Origin: Paraspadella gotoi
Taxonomy: Eukaryota; Animalia; Chaetognatha
Length of the DNA stretch: 64,000 nucleotides
Direction: 5' to 3'
Assembly (NCBI GenBank): GCA_051294375.1
Contig: CM119263.1
Coordinates: 7,143,044-7,207,043 of the forward strand
Positions 28,301 through 42,521 of this stretch are shown piece by piece; position 1 is the stretch's first letter; each line of letters starts with the position of its first letter. Position numbers and translations under genes: made by a program. Below the pieces are notes generated by a model. It was not told where the DNA came from. It saw only the letters and a program-made list of their open reading frames with translations, and ran no database searches.

Positions 28301-31300
28301 AATATTAAAAAATAAAATTATAATAGATTATAAATAAAATAATAACAAATATATATTAATTATATATTATAATTATTATAAAATAATAAATAAATTATTT
28401 TATTATATTAATAAATATATAAAATATAATTAATATATTTATATTAATAATTAAATAATTATATTATAGTTTAAAATAATATTAACATATTAAATTTTAT
28501 TCAATTATTTTAATATTTAATATTATATTATTTATTAAATATTAAATATATTTTTATATTTATATATTTTTATATTTATTTTATTATTAAAATATAATTA
28601 TAGAATATATTTATTATTGATTGAATATTTTACACTTATTATTATAAATATTTTTTTTACAAATTTTAATAAGTTATATTAGTATATAATACATTTTATA
28701 AATATATAAGATTTTAATTATATATCTTATTTAAATATATTTTATAAAAGTTATTATAATATAATTTAATAATTATTTTATTATAAATAAATTTTAATTA
28801 AATTAAATTATTTATATAATATATAAATAAATAAATATATAATATAAATAATAAAAAAAATATTAAAAATAATAATAATAAATATATGATTTATTAATGT
28901 ATAAATTTTTATTAAATTCTAAATATAATTATATTTTATATATTATATAATATATTTTAATTAATTTTAATTATAATATATATAAAATAAATTTTATAAT
29001 TAATTATTATTTAATTAATTATATATTAAATATATTTAATAATTAATTATTATTTATACATTATTAATTATTATTTATAATTAATTAATAATAATATATA
29101 ATATTATATTACTAGTTTTAGTAATATTTCTATTTATATTATTTTTATATCATTAAAATAATTTTATATATAATTAAAATATGTAATTATAATTTAATAT
29201 TATTATTTTATTATAATAATAATTTAAATACATAATATATAATATATTTAAATTATTATTTAATAAAATTATAAAATTTATATAATATAATATAAAAATA
29301 AATATAATATAAAATATTAATATATAAACTAATAATTTATAAATAAATAATAATAATTATGAATTAATAATATAAATATAAAATTAATTTTAAATATTTA
29401 CTATAATTAATAATTATATTATTACTAGTATTATACTAACATATTAAAATTAATATATTTAATTAATTTTATAAATTAATTTATAAATATTATATATAAA
29501 TATTTTAAATAATATATTATTATTATTTTATTTTATTACATTTTTATAATATTTTTATTAATTAGTTAAATATTATATTTTAAAATAAATAATTAATAAA
29601 TTATAAAATAAAATTAATATAAAAGTTTATATTTATATAATTATATAATTTAATATATATTAAATTTATAATTTTTATATATTTATAATTTATATTTAAA
29701 ATTATATATATTAAATTAATTAATTTAAACCAATTTATTTCCGTATAAATTAATATATATAATAATTATATATAATATATTCTATTATATTTTTATTTAT
29801 ATATAAAATATCTATTAGTTGTTTATAATAAAATAATTATATTTATTATTATTATAAATTATTAAAATATATAAATATTATTAAGGTTATTATTATTATA
29901 TAATATATAATATATTTTATAATATTACTAATATATATAAATATTATTATTATTTATAAATAATATAAATAATAAATACTATTAAATAATAAATTATTAA
30001 ATTTATTTATTTTTATAAAATAATATTATATATATAATATATAATATTTTATTATATAAATATAATTATATTAAATATTATATATAATTATATAAATTTT
30101 ATTTATTATAATTAATATAATAATTTTTATATATATAAAATTATTAGTAATATATATAATATTATATAAATTATAATTAATATGTTTTATTATTTTATTT
30201 AATAATTTATATAATATATATATAATATTTTAATATTATATTATAATTATATATATTAATTATATAAATTTTTAATTAAATATATATTATAATAAATTTT
30301 AAAAATATAAAATAATAATTTAAATATAAATATTATAATTATTATTATTTAAGTTAATAAAATTTAAATTTATAATATATTAATTTTTTAAACATTAAAT
30401 AGATTTAATAAATTTTATAATTAATTAATTAATCATTAATATATAAATTAATAATAATACCACCATATATTAATAATAATACTACTATTATCCATTTCTA
30501 GTAATTATAACTATTATAATATATATATTATTATTAATAAATATATTATTATATATCTATATTATAAATATTTTTATATTATATAAAATATAATTTATTT
30601 AATTAAAATATTTATAATTAATATTAATTTATTTATATATTATATTTATATATAATATACTTATATATAAACATATATAATATATATTAAGTTTTAACAT
30701 ATATTATTATTTTCCATATTAATATAAAATAAAAATTTATTATAATATATATATTTAATTTTATATAAAATAATTAATTATATTATAATTAACCTAAAAC
30801 TTTAATATAAATAAAAAATAATAATAAAAATAATTATATAATAAATATATAAAAATAATAATAATAATTTTAAATTATATTGAGATAAAATAATTTAAAT
30901 TTAAAAACATTTTATTATCATAAAGTTAAAGTTAAATTAATATATTATAAATATAAAATATTATATATATATATATATAATAATATATCAAATTAAGTTA
31001 TTAAAAGTATATAATTATTATGATTTATTATATTAAAAAATTAATATATATTTTATTTATATTAAATTTATTTAAATATAAATTAAATTAATTTTTTTTA
31101 ATAATTATAAAATAATATTAATATTAATTAAAATTAATTATACATCATAATTATTTGATTAATTAATAATTATTATAATTATTATTTTATAAAATATAAT
31201 ATATTATTAACTGATAATATAATAGAGAAATATCATCTATTTACATTATTATAATAAATTAAATAAATAATTAATATATTAATTATATTAATAATATAAT

Positions 31301-34300
31301 TTTTAATAATATTATTTATTTAATTATTAAATGTATAATAATTTAAATTTATTTAAAAACAAATTAGTTATTTTATAATATTACTTTATAATAAAATATT
31401 TATATATATTTTTAATAAAATATTATTAAAATATAATAAAAAAATTTAAAAAATAATAAAAATTTATTAATAATATATTAGTAATATAATATAAAATAAT
31501 ATACTTTAAAAAAAAACTTAATATAACTATAGATCAATGTATATTAATATATAATAATTAAATTTAATTAATATATTATTATAATATATAAAAACAAATA
31601 AATATTATTTAATGATATAATTAAAAAATTTAAAATTATATATAAAATATTAAATTATATATATTATTATAAAATATATAATATTTAAATATTTTATTAT
31701 AATAATATAATATAATATAAAATTATAATAGATATTTTTAAAATATAATATATATATATAAAATTTATTAATAATTATATTAATATATAATCTGAATATT
31801 ACCATAATATATTTATTAATTTAATATTTATTATATCATATATAAATATATAAATAAATTAAAACTTAAATATAATATAATAGAATTTAATTTATTAAAA
31901 CCTGTTATATAGTAATCTTATATATATTATTAATTAATTAATAAATTATATAGTTAATTTTGAGTAAATATAAATAATCTAATGTAAATTAATTATTTTA
32001 TTAAAAATTTATAAATAATAATTATATAATTTATTAAATTAATGTATAACATATATTAATTTTTATACAAATTAAATTTAACTATTATATATAAAAATTA
32101 TATATATTTATATTTATAAAATAAACTTAAAATATTATTCTTAATATAACATATTAATTAAAATATTTAAATAATATAACTAATTAATAATTAAAAACAA
32201 AAAATTTACTTTTTTAACGATAATTATTTTATAATATATATATATCTTAAATAAATAAAATTATAATTTTTATTAAATATATTATAAAATTTATAATCAA
32301 ATTTATAAAATTATAAAATTAAAAATTATATTTTTAATTTATGTAAATAATAATAAAGATTATATTATTATAAATTTATAATATATAATATAAATAATTA
32401 ATATAAAATTAAAAAATTAATGTATATATTGAAAAAGATAAATATTTCATATTATCTAGTAAAAGTTTTAAAAATAAATATTATTTAATAAAAAATATTA
32501 CAATAAAATTTATATAATTAGTATCATCTTTTAATAATAATTAATATTATAAATATATTTTAATATGCAAATAATTTATAAAATATATAATTTAAGTTTT
32601 AACATAAGATATTAAAAAAATATAATTATGTATAAATAATATATATATTAAAAATTTTTTTAGTAAATAATATCAAAATTATAATGTATAAAAATAAATA
32701 ACTTAATTTTAAATTCAATATATATTTATAATATATAATATATTAATATAATAATATTGCAGTATTTATATGAGTGTAATAACAATTATTTTATTATAAT
32801 TATAAAAATAATAATTAATATTTATTAATGTATAATTTATTTACTTTACATAATTATTATTTATAATTTATAATATTTTAAAATATATTAAATTACTTAT
32901 AAATAAATTAATTTATAATACTAAAATTATTAATTTATTATAATGAAAATATAATAAATTTATTATAAATTTAATACTATACAAAGTTTATTTTAATATT
33001 TAAATTTATATTTAATAAAAATAAAAAAATAAATTAATATATTTAATATAAATTAATATATTATATAATAATAATATATAAATAATATTATAAATATTTA
33101 TTATATTCCAAGGCATAATCATAATTATCATAAAATATACTATCATTATTTATTTAATAACTTTATATAATTTAATAAAATATATTTAAAAATTAATAAT
33201 TACTTGATATATATTATTAAATAATAATAATATATACATAAATTATATAATTAATATAAAAATATATTTAATTTTAATTATAATATAATAATAAATTATA
33301 ATATAATTATATATAATATTATTATTTATAATTTAATAAATTTATTATAAATTAAATAAAGAATATTATAATAATGATTATAAATAATTAATAATAGATT
33401 GTAATTATCATTATATATTAATTCTTAATATTATTTATAATGTTAATTTCTTTAAATATAGAAATGTAATTTAAATATTATTAATTTATAAATTATAAAT
33501 AAAAAATATAAATAAATTAATTCTTTATAATAATATATCATAATAATTAATTCAATATAATAATAAAACTATATATATTATATTAATTAATAATACTTTT
33601 TTTTAATTAATAATATAGTAATATATTTATATTAAATTAGAATTATATATAATATAAATATTATAATATTTAATAATTTATAATTTAATAAATTAATTAT
33701 AATATTTTAAATAAATTATATAATAATTAAAAATAATTATAGTTATAAATAAATATTATAGTAAGTAATATATTATTAATATAATATTTTAATTTAATAA
33801 AAAAAATATAAATCAATAATTAATAATAATTATAAGTTAATTAAATAAAAAAATTAATCTAATAAATATTATTTAAAATATAAAATTATTTATATAAATA
33901 AAATTTTTAGATTATATAATAATATATAATAAAATAGTTATTTATATTATTATATTATAATCAATAATAATTAATATAATTATAATAAAATAAATTTATA
34001 AAATTTATAATATTAAAATAAAATAATATTATTAAATAATTTTTTGTTTTAATATTATTATAACATAAAAAATAATAGATTAATAAACTTAAATAATATA
34101 TTAAAAATCTATTTATAGATAATATTATATAATAATAAATTATCTTTATTTATAAATAAATTATAAATATATAATATTAATAAATATATTCTGATCATTA
34201 TTTATTATAATAATAAGATATAATATTTGAAATATATATTTATAATATAATTATTTTTATAAATTATAATATTTATTTATTTACTATTTATTTTAATAAT

Positions 34301-36187
34301 ATATAAATAATAATTTTATTTATAAATAATAATAAAATTTACTATAAAAAAAGAAATATTATATAATATAATGTAAATTTTTATTAAGTTGAAAGTATAA
34401 ATTAATTTATTTAATAATAAATATATAAATAATATAATAATTTATTATAATATTATATTAAATATAATATTAACATTATAAATTATTTCTTATAAAAAAT
34501 TATCTAAGTTTTATTTTTTAATAATTATATATATAAAAAATAAATATTATTAAAAATAATTATATAAATTTTAATATATTATAAAATTAAATATATTATA
34601 CATATTTAAGATTTTATAATATTTATAATATTATTTTTATAAACATTTAATCTGATAAAAATTTTAATAAATAATTGATATTACGCATATAATATTTATA
34701 TATAATAATTTATATTAAATAGTTTTTATATATATAATTAAATAAATATGATATTTATTTAATTATTATATAAATATAAATACATTAATAAATTAATATT
34801 AGTTTATTTTATAATATATAATATAAAAAATTATAAATTTATAATATTATATTATAATATATAAATTTATATATATTATATAAAATTTAATAATGTAATT
34901 AATAATATATAATAATAATATTATTATTATATAATTTATAATATATAATTTTTTAATATAAATATATATATTAATAATATACTATTATTATTATAATTAA
35001 ATATATAAAATTATCATAAAAAATATTACTTAATAATATAATATTAATAAATTATATTAATATATATTAACATATATTAAAATATTATATTATATTTAAA
35101 ATTATAATTTTATGAATATTAAATTAATTACTATCATATACGATTCCTATCGAAAGATACATTACAACTAAACTTGTTACAACATAGATATAATAACTAA
35201 TGCATAATAAAATATGTGTCATATTATGAAAAATATTGAATAAGTGTTAATAAAATAAGATTAAGAATATAATATAAAATAAAAAATTTATAATATATAT
35301 ATTATTATATATAAGAATTAGATTTATAAATATAAGTATTATGATTGGATCAAATCGAATTACAACTTAAAAATTTCCGTAATAAATTATTATAATATAG
35401 TAATATTATAATATATATATTAATAAAAAAATTAATAATATTAATATATTATAATAAGTAATTAATTTAATATAAAAATTAAATAAAAGGTAAAATAGAC
35501 TTAATCTAAAATATATACTATATATATTAAAAAATAATTACAATATAAATACTATAATTAATGTTAAAAAATTTATAGTAATATAATTATATAATAACTA
35601 TTAATAATATATAATATATAAATATAAATTAATAAAATAATAAATTAAATATATTTAAATTATTTAGTAAGTTATTATATTTATATAAATAATATAATTA
35701 ATATATATAATAATTAAATATTAAAGCTATAACAACTATATTATTATGATATAACTTTTAAAATTAAAATAATAAAATATTTAATATATTATATTATATT
35801 ATTTTAATTCTACATAAATTATGTTCATGTTAGCAACTGTATCAAATATTTTAATAATATATTTAAACTTATATAAATAATAATTAAAAAATATTATCAA
35901 ATAAATTAAGTTTATACAATTATTTATACATATTTATAAAAAAATTATTTATATGAAAAATATTAATAATATTAATATATTAAAAATATAAAATATAATT
36001 AAAATTTAATAAAAATATAAACTAATTTATAAAAAAAATTATATAATAATCTTAAATTATATAAATACAATAATATTTTTATATAATATATATATTAATT
36101 TAAATATAAAATATAATAATTCTTAAATATATAAATGAAAATATTATTAATATAAAAATATTTATTATAAAAAAATAAAAAATATAA

Positions 36188-36188
<1 letters not shown>
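22341..36188. other. ~13.8 kb aperiodic near-pure A/T block (probable assembly artefact)
   Basis: G and C are very rare, no repeat unit is visible, the ORF track shows essentially nothing inside it, and both boundaries are abrupt. Confidence 0.9.
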
Positions 36189-36223
<35 letters not shown>

Positions 36224-36372
36224 AGAAAGATCCGCAGGAATGTCATTGACTTTTGGACCAAAATAGAAGCGCATACTTTTGCGGTCATCCTTCATTTTTT
36301 TAACTCTGCAGTTTGCTTTTTCGACGCTGTTATCATCTTTTTTGAATAATCCTGAGAGAAAGTGAGCGAGCG

Positions 36373-36373
36373 A

Positions 36374-36437
<64 letters not shown>

Positions 36438-36468
36438 AAACAATCAAGCAAGCAAGCAAGCAAGTAAT

Positions 36469-36501
<33 letters not shown>
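36373..36501. repeat. Compound (GAAA)n-(GCAA)n microsatellite
   Basis: Direct reading. Confidence 0.95.
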
Positions 36502-36728
36502 GAGAGAGTGAGCGAGAACTTCTCTTCCAACACACCACCTGAGCTTAAACTAAGAGAATGCGAACATATAATTCTTTCCCTCTTTTTTTTTTCATTTCAT
36601 AAAAAAAGTAAAAAAAAAAAATTTAAAAAAAAAAGATTTTTTTTCAGCGGCCTTTTTTCTAAACTTTTTTTCCTTCGTTCTTTTGACAGTTTGATGAAGA
36701 GGTTTCGACGGAAAACAACTCGGTCAAC

Positions 36729-36852
36729 CCAACTGATCCAGTTGAAAAATCGAGTTTGGGTAACCGGCGATGTTGGGGTGATTGGGTTTGGAGAACTCCT
36801 TGGGGTAACCAAGGTGAATGAAGGTCTGGTAGAGCAGCTTAAGGTACAAGAT
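36729..36852 (-). CDS. Candidate exon or coding relic ILYLKLLYQTFIHLGYPKEFSKPNHPNIAGYPNSIFQLDQL
   Basis: Strong C-ending codon bias in this frame. aaAG acceptor and G|GTTGAC phase-1 donor are compatible with a second candidate exon at 36351-36251 (ctctcAG|GA TTA TTC...). Confidence 0.35.
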
Positions 36853-37398
36853 CTTTTAATTTTGAATACATGTGATTGACTGCGTGAAAAAACCATTAAG
36901 GGTTTTAGAGAAATTAAATATTCATTAAGTTAAAAAAAACATTTAGGCGGTATTCGGGAGGTTTTTGCCATATTTTTTATTGATATATACTATCATAATA
37001 TGTATAATTATAATCATAATTATAAGCATTGCAATAAATTCAAATATATATATTTTGTCTCATACAAAATATGATTATATATATTCATTTTTCTTTTTAC
37101 AATTTTCATGCTCACCTTCCATAATTTTTTACCTCTTCCCCCTTTTTTCTCCCAGCATCGATCTCAATCGCTCCCCCCCCCGACTCTCCTCCTCCGGTCG
37201 AGCATCCACTCATCACTCCCCACTCCCCCCATTTCGATCTACCCCACTCCAATCCCCTCTCCCACCCCCGCCCTCCCCCCCCTTCCAACACAACCTACTT
37301 TCCGCCCTGGCTCTCTCTCCTCAAGGACTTTTGCTCGTGATTCAATTAAGATTGAATTTCTTTATTTCCGCCATTTAATTATTTTTTTTCCCCACCGA

Positions 37399-37474
<76 letters not shown>

Positions 37475-37649
37475 TCTTCTCTCTCTCTCCTTTGAAAAAA
37501 AAAGTTTTTTTTCCCGCCATCGTCCATCCTTCACGATCGCTTCCGTGCCGTGAGTCTCACCGGCCAGAGGGTCTCACAAAAGTCACTGGTGCGTTACAAT
37601 GACCGTTCCTTCCGTCGGTCACCCATTTTGCGTTATATCGACTTGCTAT

Positions 37650-37671
37650 TATCTATCTATCTATCTATCTA

Positions 37672-37740
<69 letters not shown>

Positions 37741-37775
37741 AATGTATCTGATATATCTGTTCTATCTATCTAATC
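37650..37775. repeat. (CTAT)n microsatellite
   Basis: Direct reading. Confidence 0.95.
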
Positions 37776-39352
37776 TATTTACATATATCCAATATTCTGC
37801 CAGCGCCATCTTCCTCCAATCGCCATAACCCCTCATCATTTCCATTTTTGCCAGACCTACCCATTGGGTACCCAATCCCTTCTCTATCCTACCCAGCCAA
37901 TCCCTCGAGCTCGCTCAATCGCGTTGACTTTGAAGTTGGAAAAAGAAAAATTGAGTGCAGATGTCGCCGCTCGCGAGCGTAGGGTAGAGAATAAATCGAA
38001 TTAAATGAAGAAATAAAAGAATAAAATACTACTCTTGAATAAAAGTTGGGGAAATTGAATCGTATGGTTGCTAAAGCGCCGATTAAGAAATGATTATAAA
38101 AAAAAGCATCGATGGAAAGCAATCAAAATGTTATGGGTCGATATTGTATTTAATTTTACGTGCTCTACAATAGCCTTCGCAAGTTTAAAAGTCAGATCTA
38201 TCAAATGCGTACAAGTCTACGAATTTAGTTTTTCAAAACAATATGAAAATTATCCATTTATTTAATAAATTACGTCTATTCCACCCACTTTCTTTGGACT
38301 CGCTTCATCCGTCTCACAAGAACATAACATCGCAAGACCCTGCTTGCTTTCACGCAAGACTCTTTCACATAAAAGAAACATTGTCACTTTTCTTCGTCGT
38401 TGCACTTTTGATCGAATCGAATTTTTGACTTTTACTCGCGGACGACGAACTTCGTCTGTTTAACAGCGACGATCTTCGCTTTAATCTATTGAGAATCTCA
38501 CGATTGACGTCATTACGTCTTTTTTTCCTTCGGTCGCCAGGCGATCGATCCTCGCATTCGATTGGTCGTGTAGACCGAAGCTTGTCAGTTTTTTTTCGTC
38601 CAATCGTAATTCGCAAAAGAGAAACGGGGGCGGCCGCGGCCGAATCCAGGTAGGATGCGCGGGCAGAGAGATTACGGGCGCTACGCCAATTGCCTGAGGT
38701 TACGCCACGCTACGTCGCGCTACGCCACGCGGCGCAGAGCCGCGTCATTATCATTCGATCTTCGACGAAGGTGTTTTTTTTTTTTGGCTGAAAAATCGTT
38801 AGAAATTTTTCGTCAGAAAAAAAGGAAAACGGAAATTTCGGTTGTTTAAAACTGAAAGTGGCGACTGATTTGCAGAAGTAAAACTGGCATAACTGCGTCT
38901 TCTTTTAAAGAAGGAGAATTTCTTAAAAGGTAAATAACTCCACAGGTAGAAAATAAAAAAATAAATATTCTACTTAAAATTTAACTGGATTTTTAAAAAA
39001 AATCAATTTATTTTAATGAAATCCATTTATAAAAGAGATTTAATTAACACGATTGTTTATATTTTTATTTCTTTAGCTCTTAATTCCGAGCTTTAGTTTT
39101 ATCTCATCAAAGCTTATTTACCTCATTACTTGTTTACCACAAATTAATAACTTAAAAACCAAATACGTTCGTAAAAAAAAAAAGGATAAAAAATTCAATA
39201 AAAAAGAATCCCCGCCGCACTTCAGGCGTTGAGCCTCTAATTAAATATTAATTTTCAATCTTCCCTCCGACCTTCAACGATGAGGAAAGACGTGGAAGCC
39301 GACAGCGAAACTCTCGGCCCCGACGCATCGATAAGCCGACAAAAGGCCGACC

Positions 39353-39962
39353 ATGGCGGTCCCGGCCCCAGCCCCGGCCGACGGCGACGACCCCATCAAC
39401 ATCCTCCTCCAGCCCTTCGACCCCGTCCCGGCGCAGAAGACCGCCGACGGCGAGGATATCTTCTGGAAGATGGTCACCGGAGAGATCGAGACCTCGGTCA
39501 AAGCCGCGCAGGAGATGCAGAGGCGCGAGGATTTGGAGAGGGAAAGGATCGCCTCTATCGAAGCCAATAAGGCTCTTATGATGGGTAAGGTGGATCGGGA
39601 AGGGGGAATCGCCTCTATCGAAGCGAAGAAGGCTCTTATGATGGGTAAGATGGGAAAGCTTGTAAGCCTCTTTCGAAGCCATGGAGGCTCTCATGATGAA
39701 TCAGATGGGAAAGTGGGGATTGGCGCTGGTTTTTACGATAAGAGTTTAAAAGAATATCCGACTTATAATAATAACGAGCGACATTGGGAAACCTTAATTT
39801 ATGAGTTATTCATACATTTAAGTATAATTTTGACTTAAAATAATACGCTTAGTAAGTTTTATCATGCAATATCGAACAAAGTATTAAAACTTAAATTTTT
39901 TTTAATACTTATTTTTTTTATCGTCGCTTGATGGATTGAGTTAGAGTTAGCGGGAGAAAAAC

Positions 39963-40048
<86 letters not shown>

Positions 40049-41495
40049 TCAGAGAGAAGAGAGAGGAGAGAGAGAATAAAAAATAAGATAAATGGGATTT
40101 TGACTTTCCATTTCCCTACGATTCCGTCATTTGAAATGCGAAGGATTTAGTTTGAAGAGAGGGACCCGCGGTTAGGGTTGCCAGGCGACGATTTTTTAAG
40201 GGTCGACAGCGACCTGATGTCTAAGTCTGAGGTGATTTTAACACGAGTTTTCAAATGTTTCTCTGTTGTAAATCAATTTGCTTATCCTGTATCGATAAAC
40301 TCTTTTGGCTTTGCCGATTGTACCCATCTCTTAGCAAGGCGCCTTGTCTTGTCTCCTAACAACACGCTTTCTCTCGTCTCCGAACAACGCGCTCCCTCTT
40401 GTCTCTTAGCAACGCGCGTTCTTTTGCAATTCGCCTGTCTCTTTGCAGAAGCGCGGGTAAATTTAAAAAGGGAGTAAAACCCGGGATGGAAGATTCGGAA
40501 TTTACGAGACAAACGAGGTTCGGTTTGATGAAGATTTCCTTTTCTCTCTGTTGAGTCGGAAGACAGAAAGGAATGGCTAATTCGAAGAGAAAATAAAATG
40601 GCGGGAAAAGTGGGGGAGGAATGGTGGCGAAGGGGGGAGAGAGAAACGAAAAAAAGAGGGGGAAGGAGAGAAAGATAGGCTAAAAAAGATGCAGAAGGAG
40701 AGAGAATGAGAAAAAGAAGAAGGTGAAAAAGACGAGAAAGAGAGGCAGAAGGAGGGAAGGTAAGAGAGAGTGAAATAATAGTGACAATAACATGATAATA
40801 ATAACAATAATGATTAATCTATTTTATAAAATGTAAAAAGAAACTAAGAAAATGAATATAAAATATGAATAAGATTTGTCTCGTTTGCTCTCGCATTAGA
40901 GAAGGATAATAAAATAAAAGAGCTTTGGTTCTCCTTCATTCTTTTTAATAAAAATTATTCTTTTTAAAAGAAGGCGTAATAAAAAAAATAATAGGGTTAA
41001 AATTATAGAAATAATAAAATTAACTCGAGCGCGAACAAAATTTTTTTTTTGCCCCGCATAACGAAGCGAGGATGAAAAGTAATTAAGAACGTACCAAGTC
41101 AATCGGGGAATTAAAATTGCTAATTCGCTTATTTATTTGATTTAACTCGGTCCCTCGCGATTTTAACCAAATTCATGGGTTATAAAAAAAATTTTTGCTG
41201 TGATTTTTACTTCGATGATTTTATTAAAAAAGTTAGCAAATTATCGCACTTCGGAATTAGGTTAACGTTGGTTAAATATTAACTTTAAATAAATAAAAAG
41301 ACGATGTTGCAAATTTAATATTTTAAACAGTTTTGATTTTGAAACAATTCCAGTTTTGATTAGGCAAGGATCCGATCACAGATAAGACTAAGGCTTGAAT
41401 GAATTTCGTCCCCTTTAATCATTAAGGTCTCAATTAAAAATTTAAATAAAATGTGAACAAATTACTTTCACAAAAGAGAAAGCGAGAAGAGAGAG

Positions 41496-41556
<61 letters not shown>

Positions 41557-42521
41557 GATCCTTGGCAAAGCAGCCACTTGTAGGATCATCGGCCAATCGA
41601 TCCTTAGATAACAATTTTTTGTTGTCGATTGAATACAACAACGAAAAAATGTGGGCCTCTTTCTCCCGACTGTTGTGCATCGTTTACCCGTTTGAGACTC
41701 AACTCAGTTTTCGTTTTGGGAATTTTGTTTTTTGGTTGTTTTTTTTTTTAGTAGGGAGTTCGTTTTTTTTTGTTAATCATTGAGGTTTATTAATTTTAGT
41801 ACATTAAGTTTTTTTAGACCAAAAGATGTTTTTTTTTTCGTCAAAAGTTTTTTTTAGTTTCATAAAGTTTTAAGTCTGATTAAAAAAAGTTTTGGCTTTT
41901 AGGCCAAATGAATTTTCCTAATTTTAGTTTTAAGTGCATGAAATTTCATGAAGGCATTTTTAAGATGAAATATTTCCTCCATTAAATTCCCTTGATTCCC
42001 AATTAAATCTGTGCCCCTTTGATTTATTGAAGGCGTTGGGAGGGTCATTGCACGAAACGCCCAGCTTTCGCCATCCCCCTTCCCTTTCCCTCCCTCCCCC
42101 GATTCCTCTCTTCCCCCCTCCTCCTCCTCCTCCCCTCCTCTTCAAACCCCCTCGTTGACGCCATCTTTCAGTCGATCCCGACGTCCTCTACCATCTAGGT
42201 GGCGCTGACGGCGAAGTCTGCTACGAGTCGCTCGTCCGTCCGTCCAAATCCGTCGCCAGGGGTGAGTTTCCGCTCATGAAGTTGTCGGCCTCGACGTTGA
42301 TGCCGCCGCGGCCGACGCCGCTGCCCGACAAGCCCGTGCCCCGGGTGGCCACCGTGCCCCCGAAACCCCCGCCGAAGGAGGTGCCCAAACCCCCGGCCAC
42401 CATCGAGCACAAGTTGGACGAAATTACATCCGGGCTTCTTAAGAATTCGAACCTTCACATTCATCGGACGCGACACGATCCCACGAATCTCTTTTGGTCA
42501 ATGAAGAAGGAAGAAGAGTGA
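39353..42521 (+). CDS. Two-exon gene of unknown function (39353-39584 or -39644 joined to 42199-42521; 184 or 204 aa), Pro-rich
   Basis: Two GC-rich islands with C/G-ending codons. Start context accATGG. The phase-1 donor ATG G|GTAAG matches the phase-1 acceptor ccatctAG|GT, and the frame is open from the acceptor to TGA at 42519-42521. Additional internal exons are not excluded. Confidence 0.65.
39547..39649 (+). repeat. 60-bp-period tandem duplication spanning an exon end and splice donor
   Basis: atcgcctctatcgaagc-aa-aaggctcttatgatgggtaag at 39548 and 39608. Confidence 0.9.

Noticed and set aside
22341-36188. Organelle (mitochondrial/apicoplast) insertion
   Set aside because: No rRNA, tRNA, GC clusters or reading frames are recognisable in the AT block.
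40173-40184. TAGGGTTGCCAG, a hAT-like terminus
   Set aside because: No matching inverted end or 8-bp target duplication was found in the window.
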